The notes under the pieces: generated by a model | Databases searched by the model: none | What the model was told of the DNA's origin: nothing | What the model saw: the letters and a program-made list of their open reading frames with translations, nothing else | Origin: Lama guanicoe | Taxonomy: Eukaryota | Direction of reading: 5' to 3' | Length of the DNA stretch: 64,000 nt | NCBI GenBank assembly: GCA_013239625.1 | Contig: MU054187.1 | Span: forward strand, 7,265,757-7,329,756 | Part shown: positions 1 to 11,879 of the stretch, in pieces | Layout: the number at the start of each line of letters is the position of its first letter | Position numbering within the stretch: the first letter of the stretch is position 1 | Position numbers and translations under genes: made by a program

Positions 1-94
1 CCTGATAAATCTGGGTGTGTCAGTTCTCCTCCCAAGAGGCAACAGCCAATATCAGTTCTGTGGATAATCGTCCAGAGATATTGCGTGTACACAG

Positions 95-431
95 TACCAG
101 CTCATAATCGAATTTAGCTACCAGTAATAGAAAGCCCAAATAATAATTATCTAGAAGGTAGAGATTTGTTTTACTGTCACCTAAGAAGGATCTGGAAGCA
201 GGCACAGCAGACATGTAATGGTAGCTCCATGGTCATCAGAGAATCTCTTTTAATATTTCTTCCTCATCCTTCTTGGGATGCAGTTTTCATTCCGAAAGTC
301 ACCTCATGATCACAAAGTGGTAGCTAGAGTGAAATCTATCACATCAGCATTCTAGCCAAGAAAGAAGAACAAAAAGATGTGCTTCCCAGCAGTCAGCTCT
401 CTTTAAAGAGCTTTCCAGAAAGTTCCACATG
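95..431 (-). mobile_element. Degenerate MaLR LTR fragment (MLT1J/K-like)
   Basis: Motifs such as 'gtcacctcatgatcacaaagtggtagctagag...atcacatcagcattctagccaag' resemble the MLT1J/K consensus; a similar element lies at 48785-49241. Confidence 0.5.
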
Positions 432-1262
432 TAGTAGTTCCCCCTAATCCTGGGGGCGTAAGTTCCAGGACCCCCGGTGGATGCCTGAAACTGCAGATAG
501 ACCAAACCCCGTACATGTGGTTCCGTGTTTTCTCCTGCACATATATGCCTATGATAACATTCATTTTATAAATAAGGCACAGTAACAGATTAACAACCAC
601 GATAATAAATGAGCAATTAAAACAATATATTGTAATAAAAGTTATGTGACTGTAGTCTCTCTCTCTCAAAATATCTTATTGTATAAAATCACGCCTTTTC
701 CACCTGAACTAAACCCTCACCACACGCTGTGACCATAACTTTCGCAGTTTGAGGCGCGACAGTGAAACCAGCACGAACTCCCTGCCCCTTCTTCACAGTC
801 TCACAGGAAGACGTGGAGACGTGTCTCACCCCGGATCCCAGCAACCTCAGCGTGGCTTTTCTTTTTCTTTCCTTAAGTCAAGAACTTTCACCTCTTCACT
901 TAAAGGGAGCATTTCACCGCTTCCCTTGGGCATGTTCGTATCGCCAACGTCACGACTGTTGCATTTTACAGCCATTAGTAATAAAATAAGGGTTACTTGA
1001 GCACAAACACTGCAGTCAGGGGACAGTCAATCTGACAAGGAGTTGGCTTCTAAACGACTAACGGGCAGGACACCCGCTGGACAAGGAAGGATTCACGTCC
1101 TGGGCGGGTCGAAGTGGGACGGCGTGAGATTTCACCTCGCTACTCAAAACTTATAACTTACAGATTGTTTATTTCTGGAATTTTCCATCTAATATTTTCG
1201 GTCTGTAGTTGACCGAGGGTAACTGAAACCGCAGAGAAACCACGGACCCAGAGGAGTTACCG
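432..1262 (-). mobile_element. TcMar-Tigger non-autonomous DNA transposon (MER44-like)
   Basis: Left end 'tagtagttccccctaatcc'; right end 'gtttatttctggaattttccatctaatattttcgg...gttgaccgagggtaactgaaaccgc' is the reverse complement of the MER44 5' end; degenerate terminal inverted repeats. Confidence 0.75.
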
Positions 1263-2889
1263 TCCTGACACATTGACTCCTTCTTGTGCCGTCAGTCGGC
1301 ATTCTTGGTTCTTTTGCTCTAATCTCAATACATTTCTGAGACTGTATCATCTCCCTGAAGCCAGATCCTGGCCCCTTTGCTCTCTTGAGTCAGTGACTGG
1401 AGGCAGGATCAGAGCTGATGTTGACCATTTCCTGAAGTTTGTCTTGGAGTCAGCCTTTCCCCCTCAGGTCCCAGGCGGATCTTTCCCACCCTCAGTCTGT
1501 GCCAAGCCTGGATTGTCCCAGCTCATTGTCTTTTACCCAAGGGCAAGTCGACATAACACTTGCACAAGACCATGCTGCTAATGTCAAAGAGTCGCTCGTG
1601 GCCGAGCCCCACCCTTGACCCAGCCTTTCGGTCCGCTGTCACCATAGCAAGCACTGCTTCTAGGCACTGGGGCTGCTGAAGTCCAGAGGCAGCTAAGTGG
1701 CACTGGAGGAATGGATGGAGATGGGGGAGGCCGCAGAACTTAACACTCACAGTCTAGTTGGAGCATAATGTCGACTCTCTGTGAGTTCGGATGGATAAAA
1801 AGGCCATTAGATTTGACAAAATGTAGACTGCTAACCTTTAAAAGAGCAATCTCAGCAGAAAAATGGGGCCTGAAGCCAAATCACAGTGAATTAAGGAAGG
1901 AATGAAAAGCAGAGGAAAGGAGGCAGCTGATAACAACATTCGTTTCAGACATTTGTGGGCGGAAGGAAGGAGCTGTGAGACATCACAGAATCAAGTGACA
2001 TTTTTGTGAGATAAGGGAAAACTAAACATTTTTGAAGGCAGGAGGAAGAGAGTCTGTGAAAAGGAGATACTGGAGACAAACTCAAAAGAGCAAAAGAAAG
2101 ATCTTTGCAAATCAAGATAAGAAAAGACATTAGAGAGATGGGGGTGATCTTTAAAGAGGAAAGATTCCTTATCCTGAGGCGCATTAAGAATGAACGAAGG
2201 CATACATGGAGAAAGAAATGTGATATGGTGTGTCTGTGTATATATTAATTGGTTCACTTTAATAGTCTTACACTCAACAAAGTAAGAGGTAAGAATAAAG
2301 ACAGTGTGGAGGTAGACTTCAGAGTTTTGCAGGATCAAAAATGTTTAGTGCAGGAAAAGTCAATGGACGCAATCTCTTAATGTATTCTCGCTTGAAGAGA
2401 TGGGAAACTGTGAATGAAAAGATAAACTGATTTGCCAAGATGGGTTTAACGGGATCTGGCGGCCACTGGGGTTTCATGCCCAGTAGAAGAATCCCTGAAG
2501 GTCAGGAGCAAGGCGCGAAGCCAGAATTTGCCGAGCACCGGAAGTGAAGCTGAGGTCAAGGCGAGGCTGAGGGTGAACCTGAGGAGGGAGGTGAGGACCA
2601 CAGTTGACACCGAGGACGTTAAAATTCATTTGCTCTGAGCACTGTGGTTCTGCTCTACTGTGTGACCCAAGAGCAGGGGCAAAGAATAGAAGAGCAGAAG
2701 TGATTCAGGATTGGGCCTGGTTTGGTCCATCAATGAGCAGGAATGGACGGGAGCCCAGGGCTGTCGGGAGGGCAGCAGGAAGCCACTTGCCACGGTGCCT
2801 CCATCAGTGGAGAAGCTCTAGCGAAGCCAACTTCATCTTCTCAGGTCTTGCCCAGTGAATGCGGAGACAGTGTGAACTAGGTCAAAGGC

Positions 2890-3080
2890 ATCAACCTTTG
2901 CAGACTGTTGCCTTGTGCTTGATTTCACGAGCTGTGTAACCTGATCCTAGATGTTCTGATCCTTCATTTCTTCATCCACAAAAGAGCGATGGTAATATTC
3001 ACCTCACAAACATGCTGTGAAAGTTAAACTCTGAAAAAGTTAGCACTGAGTACATACTAACTACTCAAAATGTTGCTACA
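2890..3080 (+). mobile_element. MIR SINE fragment
   Basis: Core-like sequence 'agctgtgtaacc...ccttcatttcttcatccacaaaag...gtaatattcacctcaca'. Confidence 0.55.
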
Positions 3081-5299
3081 AATGGTTAGCTACCTTGGTC
3101 TCTTTTTCTAATGAAATGTCAACATGCAGCATAAGATAATAAGGGGATCTAAGCTGTCTGGAAGTGTCAGATTATTGCATCGAAATAGCTGTGCATTATA
3201 TGCCCATTGAGATATTCTCGAGAATTCTCTATAAGGAATAAGCTCATTCTCTCAGCTCAGCTCCCATCATGTAGAAAAGCAGAAAACTATCAAACGTAGG
3301 GAACACATGCTTTCCATCAGTGATTCTGTGGCAGAAAGCCTTGAGGGACCTCAAGTGCCATTTTAAGAAGCTGTATTTTTAAAGCTCACTGAACACCATT
3401 CTTTCCTGCTGAGATTATGTGGCATCAAAGCTCCTTGCCACCCAGTTTCTACCTTTCGGGGCAGAGTAGGGAGACCCAGCTTTAATGACCACTGAACCAG
3501 CCCTTAAAACCCTCCTCCTGGGATGTCCAAACAGTGAAACAGTTTCAGTCTGATAACTGAAAAAGCAGAACGGAAACAGGAAACCAACAGTCCGAGCTAT
3601 TGTCGGCTCTTCTCGTTTTTAAACACCTGAAGTAGAAGCAGAGGTGCCATTTAGTCTCACTCACAAAGAAAGCTGCAAAGAATGTCATTTTTTTATTTAT
3701 GACTTTTGTGAGTACAGTATGTCTGCAAAGACTCATTCAAAATATAACTTAGCTTTTTAAAGCATCTAGAAATTTCACCAGTTCCTGAAGTATAATATTT
3801 TAACCCAAAAAGAAGTTAGTTGAAAAAATGGTTTTTAAACTACCTTCTTTCAATCTGACCCCTCTTACCCAGCCCACATATCCTTTCTGATTAACACGCC
3901 AGCCCCCAAATACCTTCTGGAATTCCTTTCTGGAATGTGGTTACTCTTTGATGGAGATTGACAATTGGACCTGAGATGTCTGCCTTGAAGGGCCAACCTG
4001 GGACAACCAGGGTGACTGAGAGCCAGCTCTGGCGCCCCGGGAGCAGCTGCTCCCATGAGGATCGCACTGACCCACACCAGTAGAACACGGCTTTGTGTGA
4101 GATATTTAGATTCGAACGGTTTGGGTGTGGCTCTTACAACTCAGAGCCCCATCCCCAACTTCCATAAATCACACGACTGGCTTTCATCAAAGGCAGGGAA
4201 CCAAGATTGCTACCAGAATGGTTCTCTAAGTTTTCCTTCCTGGACCTGGGCAACTCTTTGATTTTTCTGAAAGATGAAGTCCCACAAATTGTAGAGCAGA
4301 AAACTTAACTCCATCCCTCTACCATCCTACAATGGAATAGAGTCTTAAACACACTATTTAAGGATTCTTAGTAACAAAGATGTTAGGATCCCTAGTGGTC
4401 AACATAGACTTTCTCACAGTAGGTGATACTGAATTAACCTTGTTGCATTTTCAGTCATTACTAGACTGTGCTTGGATCCAAATACAAGGTGCACCTGAAT
4501 TTCAACAAAGCATTCAGTGATCGATTAAACTCCAGTAACAATGACCTCGTCTTGGCCCCAACAGGCACCAGAATTTGAAGGGAAACGTCATAGTCATATA
4601 GTTCTGAGGTCATTCCAAAGCCATCTTAGAAAAGGAGCTCTCAGTTAGGGTAATAAGAAAATGGGTAACATTAGTGGAAAAATGTCTCCCTTCTCATGAT
4701 TTCAGCATATTATAAGGAATAACGATGACTGTTGTCCAGTGGATTGGAAAAATATCCAGCTTTAAAACTCCAGATAATTAGACACAAGCATCTTAGAATT
4801 ATTTTATGCTTTTGACTCAAACCTGGTGCTTATGCTTTTAAAAAATGCTTTTGACTGTTTAAATCATCACTTGAAAAGCACAGGGTATGTGGTGAGCAAT
4901 GTGTAGAGTAGACAGCACTTCACTGAGACCATCCAGGGAGGTCAGATGGTCCATGACATGAGATCCTCCCCATCCTGGACCCCGAGGGGAGGGTGGGTGA
5001 CCCGCTGCGCGACTGTGAAGTAGGTCCCAGGCTGCACATCTGCTTCACTCAAAGCTTCATTAGTTACAAAGGCTGGTGCATCTGGGCACCATGGCCGGTT
5101 TCTCACACAGAACTCCCTGGGGCCTTCCCAGAACGAGACCACAGCATCATCAGTCTCCTTCTGACTCTTGTTCAAGAAGGTGAAATTAGGTGGAATTGAC
5201 TCCATATGCTAATTCAGCCAAATGGATCATAGCGTCTGCCACATGTCACTAGATGGGACTCTCAAAATGCCCCTCAAACAAATTAAGAAGCCTGTGAAA

Positions 5300-5424
5300 G
5301 CTGGGCGAGGATAATAGCTCGGTGTTAGAGCACTTAGCATGCACGAGGTCCTGGGTTCAATCCCCGGTACCTTGATTAAAAAAATTTTTTAAGTCATTAA
5401 GTTTTTTTTTAAAAAAAATATTAA
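5300..5424 (+). mobile_element. tRNA-derived SINE (camelid vic-1-like) with target-site duplication
   Basis: A-box 'tagctcggtg', B-box 'gggttcaatccc', A/T-rich tail; TSD aagaagcctgtgaaa (5285-5299) / aagaagactgtgaaa (5425-5439). Confidence 0.85.
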
Positions 5425-5816
5425 AAGAAGACTGTGAAACCCCATTTGATCACAGACAAGCAGACTTCTATTGCAAGATGTCTCCCCTCAAATTCAGTAG
5501 ATACTCACGAGCAGAGTCTTCCGTTTGGGTTCTCCTGAGAGCCGTAAAACCTGTATGTCCACGTACAACTCCATCTGCTGCAAGGGGCTGAGACGTCTAC
5601 CGAGGTTACATGACTGTCTGGATGGCAGAAGCAGTGTCCACAACAGACAGGGCTCCAGACATTGCCATTTGTTAATGGCCCCTGAATAACCCCGTTTCTT
5701 ACTGAGCCAGGTCCTCGGTGAGAGCAGGGGGCAGTGGAGAGACATGCAGATCGGTATGTGGGGCAGTGCCTGGCAGCCTCAGCCTGGGGCTCGGAGCACG
5801 GCTGCTCTGCCTTCTA

Positions 5817-5848
5817 CTGCCTCCCAGTGGGTGCTCTGGGGATTGCAG
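5817..5848 (-). promoter_or_regulatory. Candidate CTCF site with upstream (ZF9-11) module
   Basis: Minus strand reads CTGCAATCCC-CAGAG-CAC-CCACTGGGAGGCAG: a core close to CCACTAGGGGGCAG plus a TGCA(A/G)T upstream motif at plausible spacing. Confidence 0.45.
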
Positions 5849-8039
5849 TTCTCAACACAATGTTTGGAGACACACATTCCACTGTTGGGCTGCGTGGTCC
5901 AGCGGCCAGGTGGCTTTGAGTACATATTGGCAAGACCGTCTCTCCTGAGTCCAGAGGGTGCTCACCCTTGACCCTGAAGGCACAAAAAGAGTCAATATTC
6001 TCTAGTAAGCCAGGGAGCAGATTGAAAATGAGTCATCAGAACAAGAGGTCTGAGTTGCTAGAGAGTGGAGTAAAAAGCTCAAGATGGGAACGGGGACAGA
6101 GATGGAACAAACAAGTCGGAGGCCAGTCCGAGTGAACACAGGTGGAGGGCTCCTGCCGAAGCCCAGCTTCTACTCCAGTTACCTGGACCTGACTCCTTCA
6201 GAGGGTCAGGGACGGAGGAGGCAGAGCTTGGGGTAACTTGGAATAAGTCCCCATCTCCACAAAGACGGGTATGCTCACCCACCACCTTACCCACCACCTT
6301 CCGGCACCATCACAAAAAGAAGTCTGTATCTTCAAACTACACTTACGTTCATCTCACAGTTACACTATTCATTTTCAGCTTTACAGTGAGGATTGTAACG
6401 TGGGTAAGAACTAGAAGACATTTTCCTTCACAGAAACATCTTTCTTCAAATTACCTTGTAGCACAGGTACTATGACCCTACCAGGTTTTACACGGTAGCA
6501 TTGCAGAGTTATTGAGCTTGGCAGTGGACACTTGGAAAGGTCGCAGATGAAATGATCGACCTCAAGAGGTAGGGTGGCTGGTTGGTTGGTTTGCTCTTAG
6601 TCCTCCGTGACTCCATGCGGGAGACGAGCGGAGAGCGCCGCTCTTTGCAAGTCAGAGTAACATTCGTGTCCTCTGAGCTGGCTTGTGCAGCGTCTGCATC
6701 ACATAAGCCTGTCGTTAAAAAGCTTATCTTCCTTGGTAGAAGGCAGCAAGCCATTTGTTTTCCATTTTGACTATCCACACAAGTGCTTCTCAATCACATC
6801 AGGGCAATAAATCCCCGAAGCCCAAACAAACGCGGTGCTGTTGCTGCTGTGCGTTTTTATGGTCATCGCGGAGAAAGCAACTTATTTCCATATTCATTGA
6901 TTCATTTGGAGCCCAGGGTGCCAGTGGGACTCTTAGGACAGGGAACCAAATGCCTTCAGATAATTTCAGGCTTCACTTGGCGAAGGACGCCTTCCGTAAA
7001 CAGACATAACTCTAATTCTGGATTCCTGAAGAAGTAGGAGCAGCTTGATTAAAAAACAAATAAGTGAGGAATTACTCGGATTACGAGGACACTGTCCCCA
7101 GAGTGATCCAAATACATAAGAAGCCAGTCTCTCCTCGGACCTCCTCCCCCGAGGATCCTGAGACCCTAGGCTTCTGTTCTGCTGGGCACACGGGAGGAAA
7201 CAGATGGGTGTGGGTGACAGTTGCATGAAAAGGCCCCCCTGGGAGCCACAGAGAAAGAAATGTGTCCACACAGCACTGTGCGATGAGACGGTCCACCTGC
7301 TGCCTGTTCTTCAGTCTCGGAGTTGTTTTAATGTCTCCCTGCAAAGGAAGGATCTGCCCACCACCCAGCCCAGAACTGGGGGTGAGCCACAGCACAGAGC
7401 TGACCCCTGACCCCTCCTAGTAGAGGGAACCAGAAGATTCCCAAATTAGCAACCATGTGTCGCACATCTGGACAGTCTGCTGTCTGTCATCCTGACGTGC
7501 AAGACGGCAGGCTGCATTTGGACTTGCTGCAAGGGCTGGAGCACTACCGTTCCTTAAAAAAACCACTGTATCCCTTCAATCAAGTGGCTGGAAAATGATT
7601 ATCCCATCACGTTGATTCTCCTCTCCTCAGCGAAGGCAGCAGCAAGTATTCAGGAACTCCTGTAGCTATTTTAATGTACTTCAAAAGTTTGATTTCATAC
7701 AGAATCAGCCAACAGTTAACTCATAAGTGACAAGAGCCTCGTGTCCCAGTATCCCTTTCTTTCTGCATGTTTGTTTCATCCATCCGTCTAAGATGGGACA
7801 GTCATTGTCTTGTTCTCATGTTTGTTATGCGATCCAGGCGGTGTCAAAGCAAAGCAGCAAAAATCTATGGAACTTACCGAGTCAAGGGCTACTGCAGCAT
7901 GTGAGCAGAGCTGGCTGAGGGGCACAGGGACCGTGTGGGCGTTTCTGCATTGCTACTGTGTTGGAATTCTGATATTCACCCACTGTGTTTCAGCCAGACT
8001 GGTTTCCCTGCCTCGCTTTGCTTTGGAATACCATGCTTC

Positions 8040-8420
8040 TCATCATTTATTCACTCAAAAGCATTTAATGAGTACCTTCCTTGTACCAGGTGCTGTGGCA
8101 GGAATGCAAAGTGGCATTGAGAAAAAGTTCTCACCTTGAAAGAGCCTGGCGGTGGAGACAGGCAGGCAGAGGGATGTGAGCCGTGTCTTCCTCGTGGAAT
8201 GCGAGGCTGGACCAAAGTCAGGGAAGGCGCAGGGACCAGGGCAGGATCTCAGAGGATGTGGCCACTCCGTCAGCTCTCTCAGGAGGGTCCTGCTCTCCAG
8301 GATCTACTGGAAAGATAACCAGCGCACATACAGGCAGTCCTGGGAACTGCCATTAGAGAGAGAGCAACACGGTGTGGAGACAGTTCAGACGAGAGGCGCA
8401 GCCACGGGGGAGGTCGGAGC
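8040..8420 (-). mobile_element. L2 LINE 3' fragment
   Basis: 'tcatttattcactcaaaagcatttaatgagtacc...gtaccaggtgctgtg' is the typical reverse-complemented L2 3' end. Confidence 0.55.
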
Positions 8421-8847
8421 AAGTGACCTCAACAACAGGGCTGAAACGATGCGAGGGTTTGTGCAAACAGAGATGTGAGAACAGGTTAGGGGGTCGTGGG
8501 CAGGCAGAGAATGGGGTGTGCCCAGGGAGCGGGAACGCAGGCTCACAGCAGACAGGAGTGAGAAAAGTCTTGAAAGCCAGGCTGAGGCAGGATAATTGAG
8601 GGCTTGGAAGCAGACAACACGCGTCTGTGTGCTGGGGAGGGGAGGATGACGTCTGTTCTCCATTGCCCCAGAATGCGAATGCAAATCATGTTTTAAGAAA
8701 GAGATTATTCACATCAGAAAACAAACGTGTTGTAGTCATGCCCACTTTTAAAAACAAAACCAAGTACACAAAAAAACCTCATCTTTCTCCAGATTCTGTT
8801 TCTTTCCCTACGCCCCGTTTAGGCAAAACTCCTGGAAACAGTTGTGG

Positions 8848-9000
8848 GTTTTTTGTTTTGTCGTTTTTTAGGGGAGGAGGATGCGGAGGAGGTAATTAGG
8901 TTTATTTATATAATTATTTTTTTAATGGCGGCCCTGGGGATTGAACCCAGGACTTCGTGCAGGCTGAGCACATGCTCTGCCACTGAGCTATGCCCTTCCC
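8848..9000 (-). mobile_element. tRNA-derived SINE (vic-1-like)
   Basis: 'ctggggattgaacccaggac...catgctctgccactgagctatgcccttccc' is the reverse complement of the SINE head; T-rich tail upstream; approximate TSD gaaacagtt on both sides. Confidence 0.85.
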
Positions 9001-9009
9001 TGAAACAGT

Positions 9010-9410
9010 TATTCACCTCCTGTTTTTCTCTTGGACCCACTCTGATCAGATTTTTGCCCCACCCTGCATCAAAACAACTCCCATCAGGGCCACCCGTTTC
9101 CTCCGCTTTGCTCAGCCCAGTGGTCAGTAACACGGTGCTCCTTGCCCTCGGCCTCGCACAGTCCTTTGGGGAGGCTGATCGCTCTCCCTGTCTTGTATCT
9201 CTTTCTTGTATAGGTCTTGAGTCAGTCCTTTTCAGTCTCTTTTGCAGGAGGCGGGGCTTCTCTCCAACCCCCAAGTGTCATCTTGTTCCAGAGCTTCATC
9301 CCTGGATCCCTTCTCTGCCTTCACTCCCTGACTTAGGGATCTAGTCCAGTCACGTGGCTGTGAGCGCCATCTACAGACACACGGATGACCTCCAAATTTA
9401 TCATTGCTCT
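9010..9410 (+). mobile_element. L2 LINE internal fragment
   Basis: Pyrimidine-rich L2-like motifs 'ggacccactctgatcagatttttgccccacc' and 'gatgacctccaaatttatc'. Confidence 0.45.
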
Positions 9411-10748
9411 TTACCTGAGCAATTTCTCAGAGTTGTGTTTTCCGCAAGCAACCTTTAGGGATGAGGTAACTACTCCCCCACCCCAACCCCTGACAAGCAG
9501 GAGACTTGCTCCCTCTTGCAATAAAAGTAGCTCAAAAAAAATCATTATAGAGATTTAAAAAATATTTCAGCATAACGGGTTTTTACAGGTAAAATTACAA
9601 GGTGAAAGAGTATAACGGTTTTTGCCAAATTGTTCTTCCAAACGTAGTATATGAGAATATCTATCTGACCACCCTAACACAACACCCACAAAAATAAAAA
9701 AAAAGATGCAAAATTGGGTGACACAATGACTTTCTTGTAGTCTTAGTGTGCATTTAATGTATGACTGATGTCTGACATCGTTCCACAGTTAGTTTTCTTT
9801 CTCTCTCTGTGGCTAGATACTTGTGTTCCTTGCTCATTTCTCTATTGTTTGACTTTTTCTTGACTTAGAGAAATGCTTAAAATGACCCAACGTTTCTCTC
9901 ACAGAACACAGCCCACCGCATGCGCAGGGCTCCATCGCGGCCCAAGGGCCGCGGGGACGCAGCAGACAGGCGTGAGGCTCGTGCTGGTTTCCGCGCCGTG
10001 AGTGGTGACGTCCTTGTCTCCGGCCAGCGTCCATGAAAGGCCAGCAGGCTGACCTGTTAGCTTACAAGCGGAGTGAAACCCCAGACGCTGCACAGCTCTG
10101 GACGGGAGGCAGCCCTGCCTTCTTTATAAGCAACTTAACACCTTAACCCAAATAAATTACATACGGAAACTTTCTACTCTCAGACGTTCCGCTTAATGAC
10201 TTTCCTAGGGACCTGACCCTGCACAGAGCCTGGCGTGTCAGCCTCTGCCTGCCTCCCGGAGACAGCTTTGGCTGGGACTTGTACAAAGTCATTTTGGACT
10301 TGAGAAAAAATTAACCAACAGAAAGCAGTTTAGAACCTGTGGGTCAACTAGAGAAACTTCTGTCATTCCTTACGGGTTCTCTTCAGCTTTAGGGCTTCGC
10401 TGTTGGTGTGAATGCCGGGAAGTTTGCAAGAGCAGTTGGAGAGTTATTTTTGTTCAAGAATCCTTTTGGCTTCCCTCAGACCCACAAACTCTCTCACCTA
10501 AGTTTATGCTGGAATGGGCTCCTCTCTCTGAAATCCCTAAATGGGCTCTTCTCACCCATCCACGTCACCCCAAACTGATCCCTTGAGACACTCAGGCTCT
10601 TAGGGATGACTCATTTTTTGGATTCATTCTTACTAAGACCCACAATTGGCAGGACACACAGGCATGTGTCATCCTAGCATCTGCATGTGTGAAACCTGAT
10701 TCCCATCAATCGTTACACAAGGCCTGCGGCCAAGACAAATCAGCCTTA

Positions 10749-10997
10749 AGTTCAGGATTTGCAGATACACACTATTATATATAAAGTAGATAAACAACAA
10801 GGTCCCACTGTATACAGCGCAGGGAGCTATAGTCAACACCATGTAATAGCCTATAATGAAAAGATGTAAATATATGTATATATATGTGGGTCTTTATATT
10901 ATACATATTTACATATATACATAAAACTGAATCACTGGAGTACACCAGAAATTAGCACAACGTTGTAAACCGACTATACTTCAATTAGAAAAAAAAT
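10749..10997 (+). mobile_element. 5'-truncated L1 3' UTR (artiodactyl type)
   Basis: 'gatttgcagatacacactattatatataaa...aacaaggtcccactgtata...actgaatcact...gactatacttcaattagaaaaaaaa'. Confidence 0.8.
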
Positions 10998-11879
10998 GAA
11001 TCCTACTTATAAAAACAAATCTATCCCTTCACATAAAAGGGTGTTGGAATCTAATCTTTCGCCATTTGCATCTATTTAACATATTGAAAAAGATGGAATC
11101 TGTGGCCTCAGAATTTACAGTACGGAGGAGAAAATTGTGTAAACATTATCACTGTAGAGATGGACGGCTTTAATGGATGAGAAAATGGGTGTCTTTCAAA
11201 TGAATGACTCTTTCAAACCCTTATTTAAAGCAGACGTAATCAGGGTTATTACCCTGCTGTTGTTTATTTTGTGTGTCTTTGCTATTGGCAAGAACGCATT
11301 TTATTCCATTTCTTGGAGATAAGCAGAAAGCCACAGGGACTATTTCAACTCATATTCTGGGAAACCAAGAACTACTCAACAGTCAGCCATCTACAAATTA
11401 GTGATTAACATGATGTCTAGACACGTTCTCATGAGAATAACATTATTAATTAAACAGCTATTTTGGTTAATCATGATAGCAAAAGTAATTTTGGCCATAA
11501 ATATTTTATTAGAATACCAATCAATAAAGCAAAAGTAAAAGGATATATTTTAATTAATCCATTTGTTATAATATTGAGATTATGGCTGGCAAATTCTGTT
11601 TGAAAGCCTGGACAATGATCTAATATTTCTAGGATGGCATGTCTTTATCTGACTGTTTCCAGCTAATGGCATTGTACATTTCAGTTACTTGGCCAAAATT
11701 CCTTTCTTTTCATCTATCAAGATATTATTAAAGTCCATTAGTAAACAATTGGATCTGACAACTTTTCTGTTGCTGTGCATTGCTCTGTCATTTTAAAACT
11801 GGTTGGTCCCACATTTCATTAACAACAAAAAATTCACTGAATAGGGAAGGGAAGCCTGGTGTCACTATAATTAAGAAGC

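Noticed and set aside
8844..9344. 166-aa ORF
   Set aside because: Runs through an antisense SINE and an L2 fragment; no recognisable protein.
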